A stretch of 61,627 nucleotides of DNA, filler included, from Candidatus Babelota bacterium (GTDB taxonomy: Bacteria; JAGOBX01): NCBI GenBank assembly GCA_017999075.1. It is 7 parts of 7 records of this genome, joined end to end, with 100 filler letters (N's around TTAATTAATTAA, not from the genome) between each part and the next. Parts side by side here need not be neighbours in the genome. Positions count along the whole stretch, not along the records: positions 35,488 to 44,192 come from JAGOBX010000128.1; positions 44,293 to 52,913 come from JAGOBX010000129.1; 5 more parts are not named here. One strand, written 5' to 3'. This document shows positions 39,502 to 50,678 of this stretch, one piece after another (within the stretch, counting starts at the first letter, position 1; each line of letters begins with the position of its first letter). The position numbers and the translations under genes were made by a program. The notes beneath the pieces are model-generated. The model was given only the letters and a program-made list of their open reading frames with translations, was not told the origin of the DNA and ran no database searches.

Positions 39502-41079
39502 ATGTCAAGAAATAAAAACAGGATTTTAGTTTTTAAAGGAATTTTTTTAAGCAGAATTTCCGGTTTTTTGAGGGATTTTGTTATAGCTCATTATTTTGGA
39601 GCAAATCATTTTACAGATGCATTTTTAAATGCTTTTTCTATTCCTAATCTGCTTCGCGGAATTTTTGCCGAAGGAAACCTGTCATCTGCTTTTATACCTA
39701 ATTTTGTAGATGAACACAAAAAAGATAAAGAATTAAGTGACAAACTGTGCAGATATGTTTCAGCATTTCTTTTGTATTCAACATTGACTGTATCTGTTTT
39801 GGGAATAATTTTTTCTTATCCTATAGCATCTATGGTTGCATACGGATTTTCAGATGAAACAGCCAAACAGCTTTCAGGTGAATACTTGCGTATAATGTTT
39901 CCAGTACTTATTTTTTTAAGTCTGGGCGCGTTATGTATGGGTGTATTAAATTCGTTTCAGCGTTTTTTTATAACTTCATTTGCGCCTACTATAATGAATG
40001 TAAGTTTAATAATAGCGGTAATTTATTTCAGCGGAAAGTTAGGAGTATCTGACGGAGAAAAAATGTTTGCGTTATGTTATGGAACTTTATTCGGAGCGGT
40101 TTTATATTTAATTTTTTTAGCATACCCTTATTTTAAGGCTGGTTTCAGGTTTGGATTATATTTTAATTTTGGATATAAACCATTTATGAAAACGCTGAAA
40201 CTTATGCTTCCGGGCATACCGGGACAGGCTTTATATGAATTGAATTTTATGGCAAACAGGTTTATAGCTTCATTTCTTGGCGTGGGAAGTATTTCATATC
40301 TTTATTATGCTAACAGACTTTATCAGTTTCCGCTTGCATTATTCGGAATAGGTGTTTCTTCTGTGCTGCTTCCGTCTGCGGCTTCTGCAGTAAACGAATC
40401 GAATACCGATAAATTGCTGAACCATTATTACGACAGTTTTAAATTTATGTGTTATTTTATAATTCCTGTCACTGTTTTTTCTGTTATTCTTGACAAAGAA
40501 ATTATTGATCTGGTTTATCAGAGAAACGGAGAATTTAATTATAAAACTGCTGCAGCATTTAAATATTATATAGTGGGTCTTATGGCCTATGCCGGCGCCA
40601 ATATTACTAGTCAGATATATTTTTCAATGAAAGATACGTTGTCGCCGGTAAAATATTCTGTAATTAATATGATAATCAATTTAACGCTGAATATTTTAAT
40701 AGTATTGATTTGGACTGATGAAAATACAAAGTTTGCAGGTTTATCATTGTCAAATTCCATATCAGGATTTATATATTTAGGATTAATAATTTATAATTTG
40801 AAAAAAAAAATAAATGAGTTGAAATATTCGTTTATGTTTAATTACGTTTTGAAAATTTTATCAATATCTTTGTTAAGTTCTATAGTTTTATATGTGATTC
40901 ATTTTTATTCAAAATTTTCTTTTGACACCGGCATTTTAAACAGAATAATGAATTTTTCTGTACCTGCATTTTCAGGGATACTGGCTTATTTTATACTGAC
41001 AATGATTTTTAAAGTTGAATTATCTCAAAAATTATGGTATCATATTCACACAAAATTTTTAAAATATATTAGGGGTTGA
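39502..41079 (+). CDS. murJ: Lipid II flippase MurJ (MviN)
   Basis: SRISGFLRD, DAF..AF.IPNLLR.IFAEG.LSSAFIP, YYANRLYQFP; polytopic membrane protein. Confidence 0.95.
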   Translation: MSRNKNRILVFKGIFLSRISGFLRDFVIAHYFGANHFTDAFLNAFSIPNLLRGIFAEGNLSSAFIPNFVDEHKKDKELSDKLCRYVSAFLLYSTLTVSVLGIIFSYPIASMVAYGFSDETAKQLSGEYLRIMFPVLIFLSLGALCMGVLNSFQRFFITSFAPTIMNVSLIIAVIYFSGKLGVSDGEKMFALCYGTLFGAVLYLIFLAYPYFKAGFRFGLYFNFGYKPFMKTLKLMLPGIPGQALYELNFMANRFIASFLGVGSISYLYYANRLYQFPLALFGIGVSSVLLPSAASAVNESNTDKLLNHYYDSFKFMCYFIIPVTVFSVILDKEIIDLVYQRNGEFNYKTAAAFKYYIVGLMAYAGANITSQIYFSMKDTLSPVKYSVINMIINLTLNILIVLIWTDENTKFAGLSLSNSISGFIYLGLIIYNLKKKINELKYSFMFNYVLKILSISLLSSIVLYVIHFYSKFSFDTGILNRIMNFSVPAFSGILAYFILTMIFKVELSQKLWYHIHTKFLKYIRG

Positions 41080-41119
41080 ATTAAACGGCTGTTTAAATTT
41101 TTAATAGCGGAGATAAAGT

Positions 41120-41788
41120 ATGATTAAAAAAATTTTTATTGCAGCAATTAGTATAATTATATGTTCTGCCGCAGCCTATTCTTTCTCATTTAAAGCAGGC
41201 GGTTTTTTCGGCGCACAGCAATCTTATAAAAACAAATATAGCAACGCTCCTATAGGATATATAGAACATACATTATATGCGCAAAACGGTTTTGATATAA
41301 GAACTTCATTGGGAATAACTTATCTTGAATCCACAAATTTTGAAAATTCATCTTTATATGGTTATTTTGAAACAGCAGCCAATACTTTTCCTTTGAATAC
41401 CAACCCTACCGGAGCTGACACATATGGAGTATTCGGACCGTATAATTCTAATTCTAAATTATTATTAGCGCCGTTTAAAATTCAGGCTTCAAAATATTTT
41501 AAATTGTCAAAAAAACCAGATTCTCCTGAAATTTCGTTCTTTTCAGGTATTACAATTGTATACTACTTGGAAAAATACGAACAATTTACAGATTCTAATG
41601 ATGCGTTGAAAACCGCCAAAACATTTATTGATAAAAAATGTGAAGGAATAAATTTTGGTTTAAATTTGGGTACAGGAATAAAACTTTCTAAAAATGTTGC
41701 TATTAATACGGAATACAACATTATTAAATCCACCAAATTTCATACAGGACTTAATAATTTTGAATTTTATTTTAGAATAGATATTTAA
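41120..41788 (+). CDS. Putative small outer-membrane beta-barrel protein
   Basis: Signal peptide ending AYS; strands such as FGLNLGTG, INTEYN and a terminal FEFYFRIDI. Confidence 0.6.
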   Translation: MIKKIFIAAISIIICSAAAYSFSFKAGGFFGAQQSYKNKYSNAPIGYIEHTLYAQNGFDIRTSLGITYLESTNFENSSLYGYFETAANTFPLNTNPTGADTYGVFGPYNSNSKLLLAPFKIQASKYFKLSKKPDSPEISFFSGITIVYYLEKYEQFTDSNDALKTAKTFIDKKCEGINFGLNLGTGIKLSKNVAINTEYNIIKSTKFHTGLNNFEFYFRIDI

Positions 41789-41850
41789 AAACTTGAAAAT
41801 TACGATTAAATTTATATATATAATAATTTAACTCTCAGGAGGAAACAGTA

Positions 41851-42978
41851 ATGTTTTCAGTTCAACATGACGTATTGGATAATTTTTTAACGCTTGTTAA
41901 TATATCAAGCGAATCAGGAGAAGAAGCTGAAATAGTGGAATACCTTATAAAACGGTTAAAATTATATACTAAAAATATTTATCTTGATAAAGGAAATAAT
42001 TCTTTTCCTAAAGGAGTCGGAAATATTATAGCGAAAATTAAAGGTAATCCGAGATTGCCTTCGATATTATTTTGCGCGCATATGGATACTGTTAAACCTG
42101 GAAAAAATATAAATCCCCAGATTTTGAATAACATAATTAAGACTGACGGTAAAACCATACTTGCTGCTGATGATAAAGCCGGAATTGCTGCAATATTAAC
42201 TTTGCTGAAAGTTATTCATAAAGATAAATTTGATTCATGTCCTATTGAAATTGTTTTTACTGTAGGCGAAGAATCGTGGCTTATGGGTTCAAAAAAACTT
42301 TCTTTTGATAAAATCACTTCAAAATATGGGTTTATACTTGACAGCGATGGAGACATCGGCGGAGCTGTAATTAAAGCGCCTTCATATATGTATATGAATA
42401 TTTCTGTATTAGGAAAAGCTGCGCATGCGGGAATGGATGCTAAAGCAGGAATAAACGCTATTAAAATTGCAGCGGAAGCTGTTTCCAAAATACCGACAGG
42501 ATATGTAGATAGCGAAACTACTATTAATGTCGGAAAAATAAATGGAGGCATGGCTATTAATATTGTTCCGGAATTATGTAATGTCGAATATGAAATAAGA
42601 AGTTATCAGGATAAAAATATAAAAAAATATCAGGCTTTTATAGAATCCGCATTTAAATCTGCAGCAAAAAAATATAAAGGAAACGTTAATATTGAATCTG
42701 ATTTTCAATTTAAAAAGTTTGAAATTGAACATTCGGCAAAAACTGTAGCGTTATTTAAAAATGCCTGCAAAAGATTGAATTTAGATGTAAAAATGGAAAA
42801 ATCTTTTGGCGGGAGCGATGCCAATATTTTTAATGAGAAAGGAATAGAAACTTTGAATTTATCTGTAGGATATTCAAAACCTCATACTTCTGAAGAAACC
42901 ATAAAATTATCTTCTCTGAAGGAAATAGTAGATGTTATTTATACTATTGTTCAATTATCAAGCGAAAACAATTTTTAA
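41851..42978 (+). CDS. M20 family metallopeptidase (peptidase T-like)
   Basis: AHMDTV, ADDKAG, GEE, GKAAHAG, GGSDAN, HTSEE; SD CAGGAGG. Confidence 0.92.
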   Translation: MFSVQHDVLDNFLTLVNISSESGEEAEIVEYLIKRLKLYTKNIYLDKGNNSFPKGVGNIIAKIKGNPRLPSILFCAHMDTVKPGKNINPQILNNIIKTDGKTILAADDKAGIAAILTLLKVIHKDKFDSCPIEIVFTVGEESWLMGSKKLSFDKITSKYGFILDSDGDIGGAVIKAPSYMYMNISVLGKAAHAGMDAKAGINAIKIAAEAVSKIPTGYVDSETTINVGKINGGMAINIVPELCNVEYEIRSYQDKNIKKYQAFIESAFKSAAKKYKGNVNIESDFQFKKFEIEHSAKTVALFKNACKRLNLDVKMEKSFGGSDANIFNEKGIETLNLSVGYSKPHTSEETIKLSSLKEIVDVIYTIVQLSSENNF

Positions 42979-42999
42979 AATTGAAAAGGAGTTGAAAAA

Positions 43000-44192
43000 T
43001 TGAAAAAAATAAGCGCGCAGATAACCGTAATTTTATTATTTGTTTTAATAATAATATCCGTATGTGAAGCAGCGCCGGTATTATATAATTTACCGGTATT
43101 CAATATTGAAACCGAAAAAGATAATATGATTGATTTAAACTCTTATTTTTTGGTAAAACCGGATGAACTTGAAAAAATAGAATTCGGCACTTATGATAAA
43201 AAAATAATTTCTGATATAAAATTCGATAAAGATTTATTGAGAATTATTATCTCTGCCGGTGCAGATGCAGGAATAACACGAATTCCATTAATATTAAAAA
43301 CCAGGACAGGTTCTGACAATTTATCAATGTTTGTCAAAACAGGAAAATCAAAATATCCGCAGACTTTTAAATATTCCGGCTCTAAAGGAATGAAAGTTTC
43401 AGTTGCAGGCGATTTCAACGGATGGAATAAAAATTCCAATGTTATGATTGAAAATAATGGAGAATATCAGACTACAATGATATTGAAACCGGGTATATAT
43501 AAATATAAATTTGTAATTAATGATAATGAATGGATTACTGATTCGGGCAATCCGGTAAAAAGCACTGACGGTTATAATAATAGCGTTATTAATGTTGGTT
43601 CAGAAAAAGATATTAAATATAATATTATTGCAGTAAATAAGAATGTTGAAAAAGATAATTCCGTGAAGTTTGAATTTATTGCTGAAATAAATAATTCCGA
43701 TAAAATAAACTCTGAAATTTATTTTTTAAGCGGAAATAAATTGATTTCTTATAATTCTGATTTTAAGTCTGGAAAAATTGCCGTTGTCGTACCAAAAGAA
43801 ATTATTGAGTTATCCAATCAAAATGAATTAAATAATGAAATTTATAAAATTACAGCCGTTATAGTAACCGGCACTACTAATTATTTTTGTAAATCTTATG
43901 CAATAAATTCTGGAACAGGAACGTTTAATTGGCGCGACGGAATTTTATATTTTGCATTTACAGACAGATTTTATAAATATAATCAGGAATATAATTATAA
44001 AGTTGAAGGGAAAAAAAACGAAAGAGATAATTTTCACGGCGGAAATTTTAAAGGATTGACTCAAAAAATAAAAGAAGGATATTTTACGAAACTTGGGATT
44101 AATTCAATTTGGATATCGCCTGTTTTTGAAAATCCTGCTGATAAAATTTTTTCGGGGTATCACGGATATTGGCCATTGAATTCGTATAAGAT
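43000..44192 (+). CDS. Secreted GH13 alpha-amylase family protein with CBM48-like domain, 3'-truncated
   Basis: Signal peptide; VSVAGDFNGW...YKYKFVI...W..D (CBM48); YFAFTDRF, FHGGNFKG, LGINSIWISP, YHGYW. Confidence 0.9.
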
Positions 44193-44292
44193 NNNNNNNN
44201 NNNNNNNNNNNNNNNNNNNNNNNNNNNNNNNNNNNNTTAATTAATTAANNNNNNNNNNNNNNNNNNNNNNNNNNNNNNNNNNNNNNNNNNNN
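44193..44292. other. Artificial contig linker
   Basis: N44-TTAATTAATTAA-N44. Confidence 0.99.
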
Positions 44293-44959
44293 GTCCTATA
44301 TTATTCCCGATTTTTTCAAGTTTTTTTAAAACATCTTTTTCGGAAACTTCCGCGCATATAGCTCCCATTAAAATCGAACATTTTATCAACGCCGCTGTTT
44401 TTTTTAAATGTATCTTGTTTACAACTTCAATTTCATTAATATTTTTATTTTCCAGTATAACATCAAGGGTTTGACCGCCAAGCATTCCTGACACTCCTGA
44501 ATTATATGCCAGCACTTCAATCAGTTTCGAACTTAATTTTACGTCTGAATATTTTGATATGACATAAAAAGCTAATGTAAGCAGACCATCTCCTGCAAGA
44601 ACAGCTATGTTTTCCCCGAATTTTTTATGATTTGTAAGCTTCCCCCGCCTGTAATCATCATTATCCATACACGGCAAATCATCATGAATTAATGAATATG
44701 TATGTATCATTTCTATTGCGCAGGAAGCAGGCAATGCTTTTTTCAATCCTTTTAATCCGCCAAAAGTTTCCGCTGTCAGCAAAACAAGAAGCGGTCTTAA
44801 TCTCTTGCCTCCTGCCAACACCGAATATCTCATTGATTCAAATATAATAGAAATATCCTCATTTGAACATTTCAAATATCTGTCTAAATTTTTTTCTATA
44901 AGAATTTTACGGCCGGCAAAATAATTTTCAATGGATTGTTTAATCATATTTTCCCTCAT
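44293..44959 (-). CDS. ispA: Short-chain polyprenyl (farnesyl) diphosphate synthase, 3'-truncated
   Basis: GGKRLRP, HTYSLIHDDLPCMD (FARM with Tyr at -5), RRG, GQTLD, KT. Confidence 0.88.
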
Positions 44960-45702
44960 TATTTTTCTAACTTTACATCATTCGAATATTTTCTTATTAC
45001 ACGTTTTCTTTTCAAAATATAATTTGAATATAATTTATATTTTCTTGGATTCGGAATAATTACTGCAAGAGTAGCTGCCTGCATTGGACTGAGTTTATCC
45101 GCAGAAATTTTAAAATATTTTAAAGACGCTACTTCCGCTCCAAATAATCCGTTGCCCCATTCTATGATATTCAAATATATTTCCAGTATTCTATTTTTAC
45201 TTAAAAATATTTCAAGCAGTATAGTATAATAAGCTTCAAGAACTTTTCTCAAATAACTTCTACCGGGCCATAAAAATAAATTTTTAGCAAGCTGCTGAGT
45301 TATTGTGCTTCCACCGAACTTTACTTTTTTTGATTTTTTATTTTTAGTTACGGCATTTTTAATTCCTTTAATATCAAATCCGAAATGCTCGTAAAAATGA
45401 GCATCTTCAGCAGCTATTACGGATTTCACAAGATGAGGAGATATTTTATTCATAGGTTTCCACAAGTGATATATTTTTATCTTCTTTTTATTTTCTGATG
45501 ATTCATTAATCCTGATTTTCATTAAATTGGTTTTTTTAGGATTAACAAAATTTAAGGATATAACCTGATAAAAAGTAAATAAAATTATAATACTTATAAT
45601 AATTGACAACCATTTAAATGTTTTAAGTAATACAACCTTGTACTTATTTTTGTTTAATTTACCAGATTTAGCATTTTTTTTTGTTTTATTATCGTTACCC
45701 AT
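44959..45702 (-). CDS. mtgA: Monofunctional peptidoglycan transglycosylase (GT51)
   Basis: N-terminal TM, EDAHFYEHFG, GGSTITQQLAKN, RKVLEA, KNRILEIYLN; no transpeptidase domain. Confidence 0.93.
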   Translation of the reverse strand: MGNDNKTKKNAKSGKLNKNKYKVVLLKTFKWLSIIISIIILFTFYQVISLNFVNPKKTNLMKIRINESSENKKKIKIYHLWKPMNKISPHLVKSVIAAEDAHFYEHFGFDIKGIKNAVTKNKKSKKVKFGGSTITQQLAKNLFLWPGRSYLRKVLEAYYTILLEIFLSKNRILEIYLNIIEWGNGLFGAEVASLKYFKISADKLSPMQAATLAVIIPNPRKYKLYSNYILKRKRVIRKYSNDVKLEK

Positions 45703-45839
45703 TTTCTCACAATAAAAATCTTTCCATTCATTTTTTAATGAATATTAAAATGAAAAAAAATAAAAGACAAGAATAATTTATAGGTTACAAAAAATATTAA
45801 CTTGATTTTATAAAAGTTTTTAATACAATAATTCTTAAA

Positions 45840-47411
45840 ATGAATAATCGTTTGTTATTTAACCTATTTTTAATATTGTTCATTATTTCAAATGCCGAAA
45901 TTACTTTTTCTTCCGATGAAACAGTCATACATCACAAAACAATTCATTCTTTTAATGTTAATTCATTCATTATTCCAGCAGAAAAAGAATTCAACTCCAA
46001 TATTGATATTTTTAAAAAAAATATTGTGGGCAGAATATTAAAAATCATACAAAATTCAGACATTGTATCTATACCTTATCTTAACATACTGCCTGCTGTA
46101 ACCGAACCTTTATTTAATATTCCTAAATATATAAATATCTATAAAGAACTAAAAAATATTAATTTTAACAACATCAAATTAACCGTAATTTTAAAAGAAC
46201 AATCTGTTCCGGAAAAAAAAATCACATTGAAATTATACAAAAATTTAAATAATGTCATGACTGAAATATATTCTGAAGAATTATCTTCAACTCTGATACA
46301 TTCAGATTTGGTTTATACTTTAAAATCAGGGATTTTTAAATTCCAATTATTATTCAATGAAATCGTCATAGGCAGTTCAGAAACTTTTGAATTGACAGAT
46401 TTTGACGACAAAAAAATTAAAATAGAAACTTTTCAGTCAAAATTATTAAAATTAAAATTATTATGCAATGACGGAAAATCTCCTTTAAACGAAGCATCTG
46501 TAGCTTTAAAATATAAAACAGGAGGCATTTTCGAAACAGGAAAAACAAATTCTTCAGGAATAATTGTGTGGAACTCTTCAAAAAAAGAGGATTTAAAAAT
46601 ACCTATTTCTGCGGACAATGATTATTTTTTCAATCTTGAAATAATTAATCAGCGTCAGAAAATCAAAACTGAAAAAATCGTTTTTTCCGAAGAAATAATA
46701 AAAAAACAAATTCTAAACATAATCACTGACCAACACCCTCGAAACTATTTTTTAGATAAAAAAATAAAATTAAAAGGGAAAATCTCAGGAGATTTTATTG
46801 TTAAGAACCTTCCTGTACCTTACATTAAAATAACTTTTTACGAAAAAGAAGTAGGATTTCTGGATTTATACGGCAATGACGCCGGGTTTCTTAAAATAGG
46901 CGAATGTAAATCTTTTTCAGACGGTTCATTCGAACTGGAAAATATTGATGTTGACGATGGGCCTAATCAATCTACAAGAGATATAATTGTTTCGGCTGAG
47001 CTCGAATCAGATTATTTGATTATGTATAATGCTATGTTAGGCACAAAAACAATTTACAGGTATAAAATAGATTTGCAGGAAAACATTTGGCCTTACAACT
47101 CAGAATATGATTTCGGAGAAATAAGTTTAAGTAGTCTGAATTCTGAAAAACCTCTTGCATTATACCAGATAATGCAAAACCAGCTGATTAATTTTAAAAA
47201 TGAAAATCCAATTTTTAACAGAACAATTTTTACCGTGTACCCTGCAACTAAAATATATATGGATGTAAGCGAAGACATTAAATATTTCTATAGCGATAAT
47301 ATTTTAAAAATTACAAAAAAAGGCGGCGATTATATTTTAAAATACGGATTAACTTCCGACAATATAAATGATTTGCTTAAAGAAGCCGCTAATTCAAAAA
47401 ATCAAAAATGA
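45840..47411 (+). CDS. Secreted hypothetical protein with carboxypeptidase-regulatory/transthyretin-like beta-sandwich repeats
   Basis: Signal peptide; repeated P-L-x-x-A-x-V...G-K-T-N-S-S-G and P-V-P-Y-I-K-I...S-F-S-D-G-S-F motifs. Confidence 0.55.
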   Translation: MNNRLLFNLFLILFIISNAEITFSSDETVIHHKTIHSFNVNSFIIPAEKEFNSNIDIFKKNIVGRILKIIQNSDIVSIPYLNILPAVTEPLFNIPKYINIYKELKNINFNNIKLTVILKEQSVPEKKITLKLYKNLNNVMTEIYSEELSSTLIHSDLVYTLKSGIFKFQLLFNEIVIGSSETFELTDFDDKKIKIETFQSKLLKLKLLCNDGKSPLNEASVALKYKTGGIFETGKTNSSGIIVWNSSKKEDLKIPISADNDYFFNLEIINQRQKIKTEKIVFSEEIIKKQILNIITDQHPRNYFLDKKIKLKGKISGDFIVKNLPVPYIKITFYEKEVGFLDLYGNDAGFLKIGECKSFSDGSFELENIDVDDGPNQSTRDIIVSAELESDYLIMYNAMLGTKTIYRYKIDLQENIWPYNSEYDFGEISLSSLNSEKPLALYQIMQNQLINFKNENPIFNRTIFTVYPATKIYMDVSEDIKYFYSDNILKITKKGGDYILKYGLTSDNINDLLKEAANSKNQK

Positions 47412-48232
47412 TTATATATTTACTTTATGCGTTATATTCATTCTTTTTAATATTTCTGCTTGTTTCATCCGTTCTGCAAATAAAAAAATATTTTAATTCT
47501 ACGATCGACGGGTTTATTCATTATGAAAATTCATTAAAAACCATAATTATCCCTCATTCTCTGATTTTACTTATTTCCTTAATAACATTTTTTGTTTATC
47601 TCATAATTTACAATGACCAGACTATTACAATAAAAAGTTTTGGAACAAGCATGATTTTTATTTGTTTTGCTTCAGCAATAAATTTGGTCATATATTATTT
47701 TCTTTATTATTTTCTTCATAAAAAACTTAAAAACGAAGGATATATCACTATGATCGAACTCGAAGAATCTGAAATTGAACCGAGATATATAAACGAACTT
47801 TTAAAAAAAGAGTATTTTAATATTGTCAGAAATAATTTAGGCTTACTGTTTATTATATATTTGTTTTTTTTCATATTTCCGACTTCTCTAATCGAAGAAT
47901 CAAAACCAATAATTAAATCCGATGATAAACAGATTGAAGGAAGAAGCATTGTAAAGGATGCTCAGTTTTATGCAGGACAAAACTGGTTCTACAAACTTGT
48001 AGAAGTAAGAAAAAAATACATTGAAAAACACGGTATTGCAAAATATAAACAGGTGTTCGGAGAAAAAATGGCGCCTATAGAAAGCGACATAAGAGAATTC
48101 GAATTAAAACAGGAAACTTTAAAATTTGAAAAAGAAAACATTGAAAAAGCCAAGGAGCGTATACTATTTTCAACTTATGACCGATTATCAGACACTGCTT
48201 TACTTGATAAAAAATTTTCAAACCAGCGATGA
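47408..48232 (+). CDS. Hypothetical membrane protein (about 4 TM helices plus soluble C-terminus)
   Basis: ATGA overlap with the upstream gene; four hydrophobic stretches. Confidence 0.6.
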   Translation: MIIYLLYALYSFFLIFLLVSSVLQIKKYFNSTIDGFIHYENSLKTIIIPHSLILLISLITFFVYLIIYNDQTITIKSFGTSMIFICFASAINLVIYYFLYYFLHKKLKNEGYITMIELEESEIEPRYINELLKKEYFNIVRNNLGLLFIIYLFFFIFPTSLIEESKPIIKSDDKQIEGRSIVKDAQFYAGQNWFYKLVEVRKKYIEKHGIAKYKQVFGEKMAPIESDIREFELKQETLKFEKENIEKAKERILFSTYDRLSDTALLDKKFSNQR

Positions 48233-49247
48233 CCATGCTAAGGAATTATTACAAAAAATTCTTACCGACAAAAATATTATTCATAATATTCTGTGTTTAA
48301 TATTTTTTTGCAAAAACACCAATATTCTGAATTTTTCAAAAGAATTATATGATTTACATAAAGATAATTTATTAAGAAATCTTTATATTATAGGAGAATT
48401 AAAAAAAATTTCAAAAAAATGCAATGAATTCAATATAGAAAATCCAGTATTATTAAAAGGCGCATCTTATCTTTTTAAACTTTATAATGCGGATTACGGA
48501 TACAGGATTCTAAGCGATATTGATCTGCTAGCATTGAACCAACATCATAAAACCGAATTGATAAAAATTCTTAAAACAATCGGATATGGATTCGGTTCAA
48601 AATATCAGGAAACCCTAACTAACGGAATAATTAAAATAGATATTCATGACGAATTATTAAATTCAAACAGAATCGAATGGAGAAAATCGCTTTTTTCAAA
48701 TATAACAATAAACAAACATATACTTTCAAAATGTTATGAAAATCAATACTTTAATTTTTTAACCGATGACATTGATTTTATTTATTGTTTATTTCATTCT
48801 GCAATTCATCACGGATTCAACAACATAAAATGGTCAGTTGACGCATATTTATTTATTGAAATGAATCTGGTCAAACCCGATTCAATTTTTAAAACAATTG
48901 AATCATTAAATTTAATAAATGAATTCAGATTCATCTTAACCTGTTTCAATATTGATTTCAAGTTAAGCGAAGACTGGATAAAAATATTCAACCTTCCTTA
49001 TAAAAATAAAATAGTTTCGAAGCTTAAATCGGCTAAAACCAACAAAATAAAATATTCTCAATATATTTTTAATTTTTTGCTGATGAAAAAAAAAGAACGT
49101 TTAAAATATATTGTTTTTTTGATTTTTCCGTCAAAAAAAATACTTAAATTAAAATATTCCGAAAATGACAATATATTAAATCTTTATTTAAAACATTTAA
49201 TTGAAATTATCAAGTCGGCTGTACGAACTATTATTTCAAAACGATAA
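48177..49247 (+). CDS. Nucleotidyltransferase family protein (NTP_transf_5-like, pol-beta fold)
   Basis: VLLKG...Y...R..SDIDLL, IDIH, HSAIHH, KW..D motifs. The start is uncertain; ATG 48177 was chosen. Confidence 0.78.
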   Translation: MTDYQTLLYLIKNFQTSDDHAKELLQKILTDKNIIHNILCLIFFCKNTNILNFSKELYDLHKDNLLRNLYIIGELKKISKKCNEFNIENPVLLKGASYLFKLYNADYGYRILSDIDLLALNQHHKTELIKILKTIGYGFGSKYQETLTNGIIKIDIHDELLNSNRIEWRKSLFSNITINKHILSKCYENQYFNFLTDDIDFIYCLFHSAIHHGFNNIKWSVDAYLFIEMNLVKPDSIFKTIESLNLINEFRFILTCFNIDFKLSEDWIKIFNLPYKNKIVSKLKSAKTNKIKYSQYIFNFLLMKKKERLKYIVFLIFPSKKILKLKYSENDNILNLYLKHLIEIIKSAVRTIISKR

Positions 49248-49252
49248 TTTTA

Positions 49253-50665
49253 TCACAAAATATATTTGCTTAAATCAACATCTTCAACAAGATTTTTAAG
49301 TTTCTCAGACACAAATTTTTCATCAATTTTAACTGTCTTATTTGCGTATTTATCACAATTAAAAGAAATATCTTCAATAAGTTTTTCCATTATAGCATAG
49401 AGTCTACGCGCGCCTATATTATCATTTTTCTTATTTACATTATCACAGTATTCAGCAATTTTTGATACTCCGCAATCTTCAAAATCAATATTGATTTTTT
49501 CAACTTTTAACAATGATGTATATTGTTTTATTAATGAATTTTTTGTTTCCATTAAAATCTTGTAGAAATCGTCTTTGGAGAGAGATTTAAGTTCGACCCT
49601 TATTGGAAACCTTCCTTGCAGTTCAGGAATTAAATCAGACGGTTTAGAATAATGAAATGCGCCGGCAGCTATAAATAAAACATGATCGGTTTTTAAATTT
49701 CCATATCTTGTTTTAACAACCGTACCTTCTACAATAGGAAGAATATCGCGCTGAACACCTTCCCGTGACACATTCGGTCCTTTTGAAACTTCTCCATTTG
49801 ATATTATTTTATCAATTTCATCTATAAAAATTATTCCTGTATTTTCAGCCAATTTTACTGATTCTTCACATAAAGCTTCCATATCAAGAAGTTTTTCAAT
49901 TTCTTCTTCAATAAACATTTTTTTTGCTTTCGAAACCTGAATTTTCTTTTTTTTTGTTTTTTTGGAAAAAGCATTATCAAGCATCTCTTTAAAATTCATA
50001 TTAATTTCTTCAAGATCGCTTGTTGCGCTTATTATCCCCATTGAAGATACCATATCCATACCTGGAGCAGATTCTATTTCTATATAATCATTGTCATATT
50101 GTCCCAATTTATATTTTTCTTTTATTTCATCATTTAAATTGACTATTTCTTCTGACTTTAAAACATCTATTTCTATATCATCATTTTTTTTAGCCGTTTT
50201 TTTAGATTTTACGACAGATGCATCTTCATTCTGATTATTTTTTTTAATCAATAACTCCATAATTCTTTCTTCTGCTATTATTTCAGCTTTTTCTCTAACC
50301 TCTTTTTCTTTAATCTGTTTTACAAGACGGTATGCTTCTGATGCAAGATCGCGAATCATTGATTCAACATTTCTCCCCACATATCCTATTTCTGTAAATT
50401 TCGTAGCTTCAATTTTTACAAACGGAGCATTTAAAATATGCGCCATTCGTCTTGCTATTTCAGTTTTCCCAACACCAGTAGGTCCTATCATAAGTATATT
50501 TTTAGGTAAAACTTCTTCTTTAAGCTCATTTGTAAGAAGCATTCGCCTATATCTGTTTCTTATAGCTATAGCTATAGATTTTTTTGCTTCATCCTGACCA
50601 ATAATATATTTATTTAAATGTTTCACAATTTCTTTAGGCATCAAATTCTGATTTTCTAAATTCAT
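49253..50665 (-). CDS. hslU: ATP-dependent protease ATPase subunit HslU
   Basis: PKNILMIGPTGVGKTEIARR, GYVG, FIDEIDK, QRDILP, GRFPIRV, NIGARRL, DLSKYIL. Confidence 0.97.
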   Translation of the reverse strand: MNLENQNLMPKEIVKHLNKYIIGQDEAKKSIAIAIRNRYRRMLLTNELKEEVLPKNILMIGPTGVGKTEIARRMAHILNAPFVKIEATKFTEIGYVGRNVESMIRDLASEAYRLVKQIKEKEVREKAEIIAEERIMELLIKKNNQNEDASVVKSKKTAKKNDDIEIDVLKSEEIVNLNDEIKEKYKLGQYDNDYIEIESAPGMDMVSSMGIISATSDLEEINMNFKEMLDNAFSKKTKKKKIQVSKAKKMFIEEEIEKLLDMEALCEESVKLAENTGIIFIDEIDKIISNGEVSKGPNVSREGVQRDILPIVEGTVVKTRYGNLKTDHVLFIAAGAFHYSKPSDLIPELQGRFPIRVELKSLSKDDFYKILMETKNSLIKQYTSLLKVEKINIDFEDCGVSKIAEYCDNVNKKNDNIGARRLYAIMEKLIEDISFNCDKYANKTVKIDEKFVSEKLKNLVEDVDLSKYIL

Positions 50666-50678
50666 GTTAACTCCGGTT

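Noticed and set aside
39404..41110. Direct repeat TTTAATAGCGG on both sides of murJ (39404-39414 and 41100-41110)
   Set aside because: Only 11 bp and mostly A/T, flanking an essential gene, with no mobility gene nearby; most likely chance.
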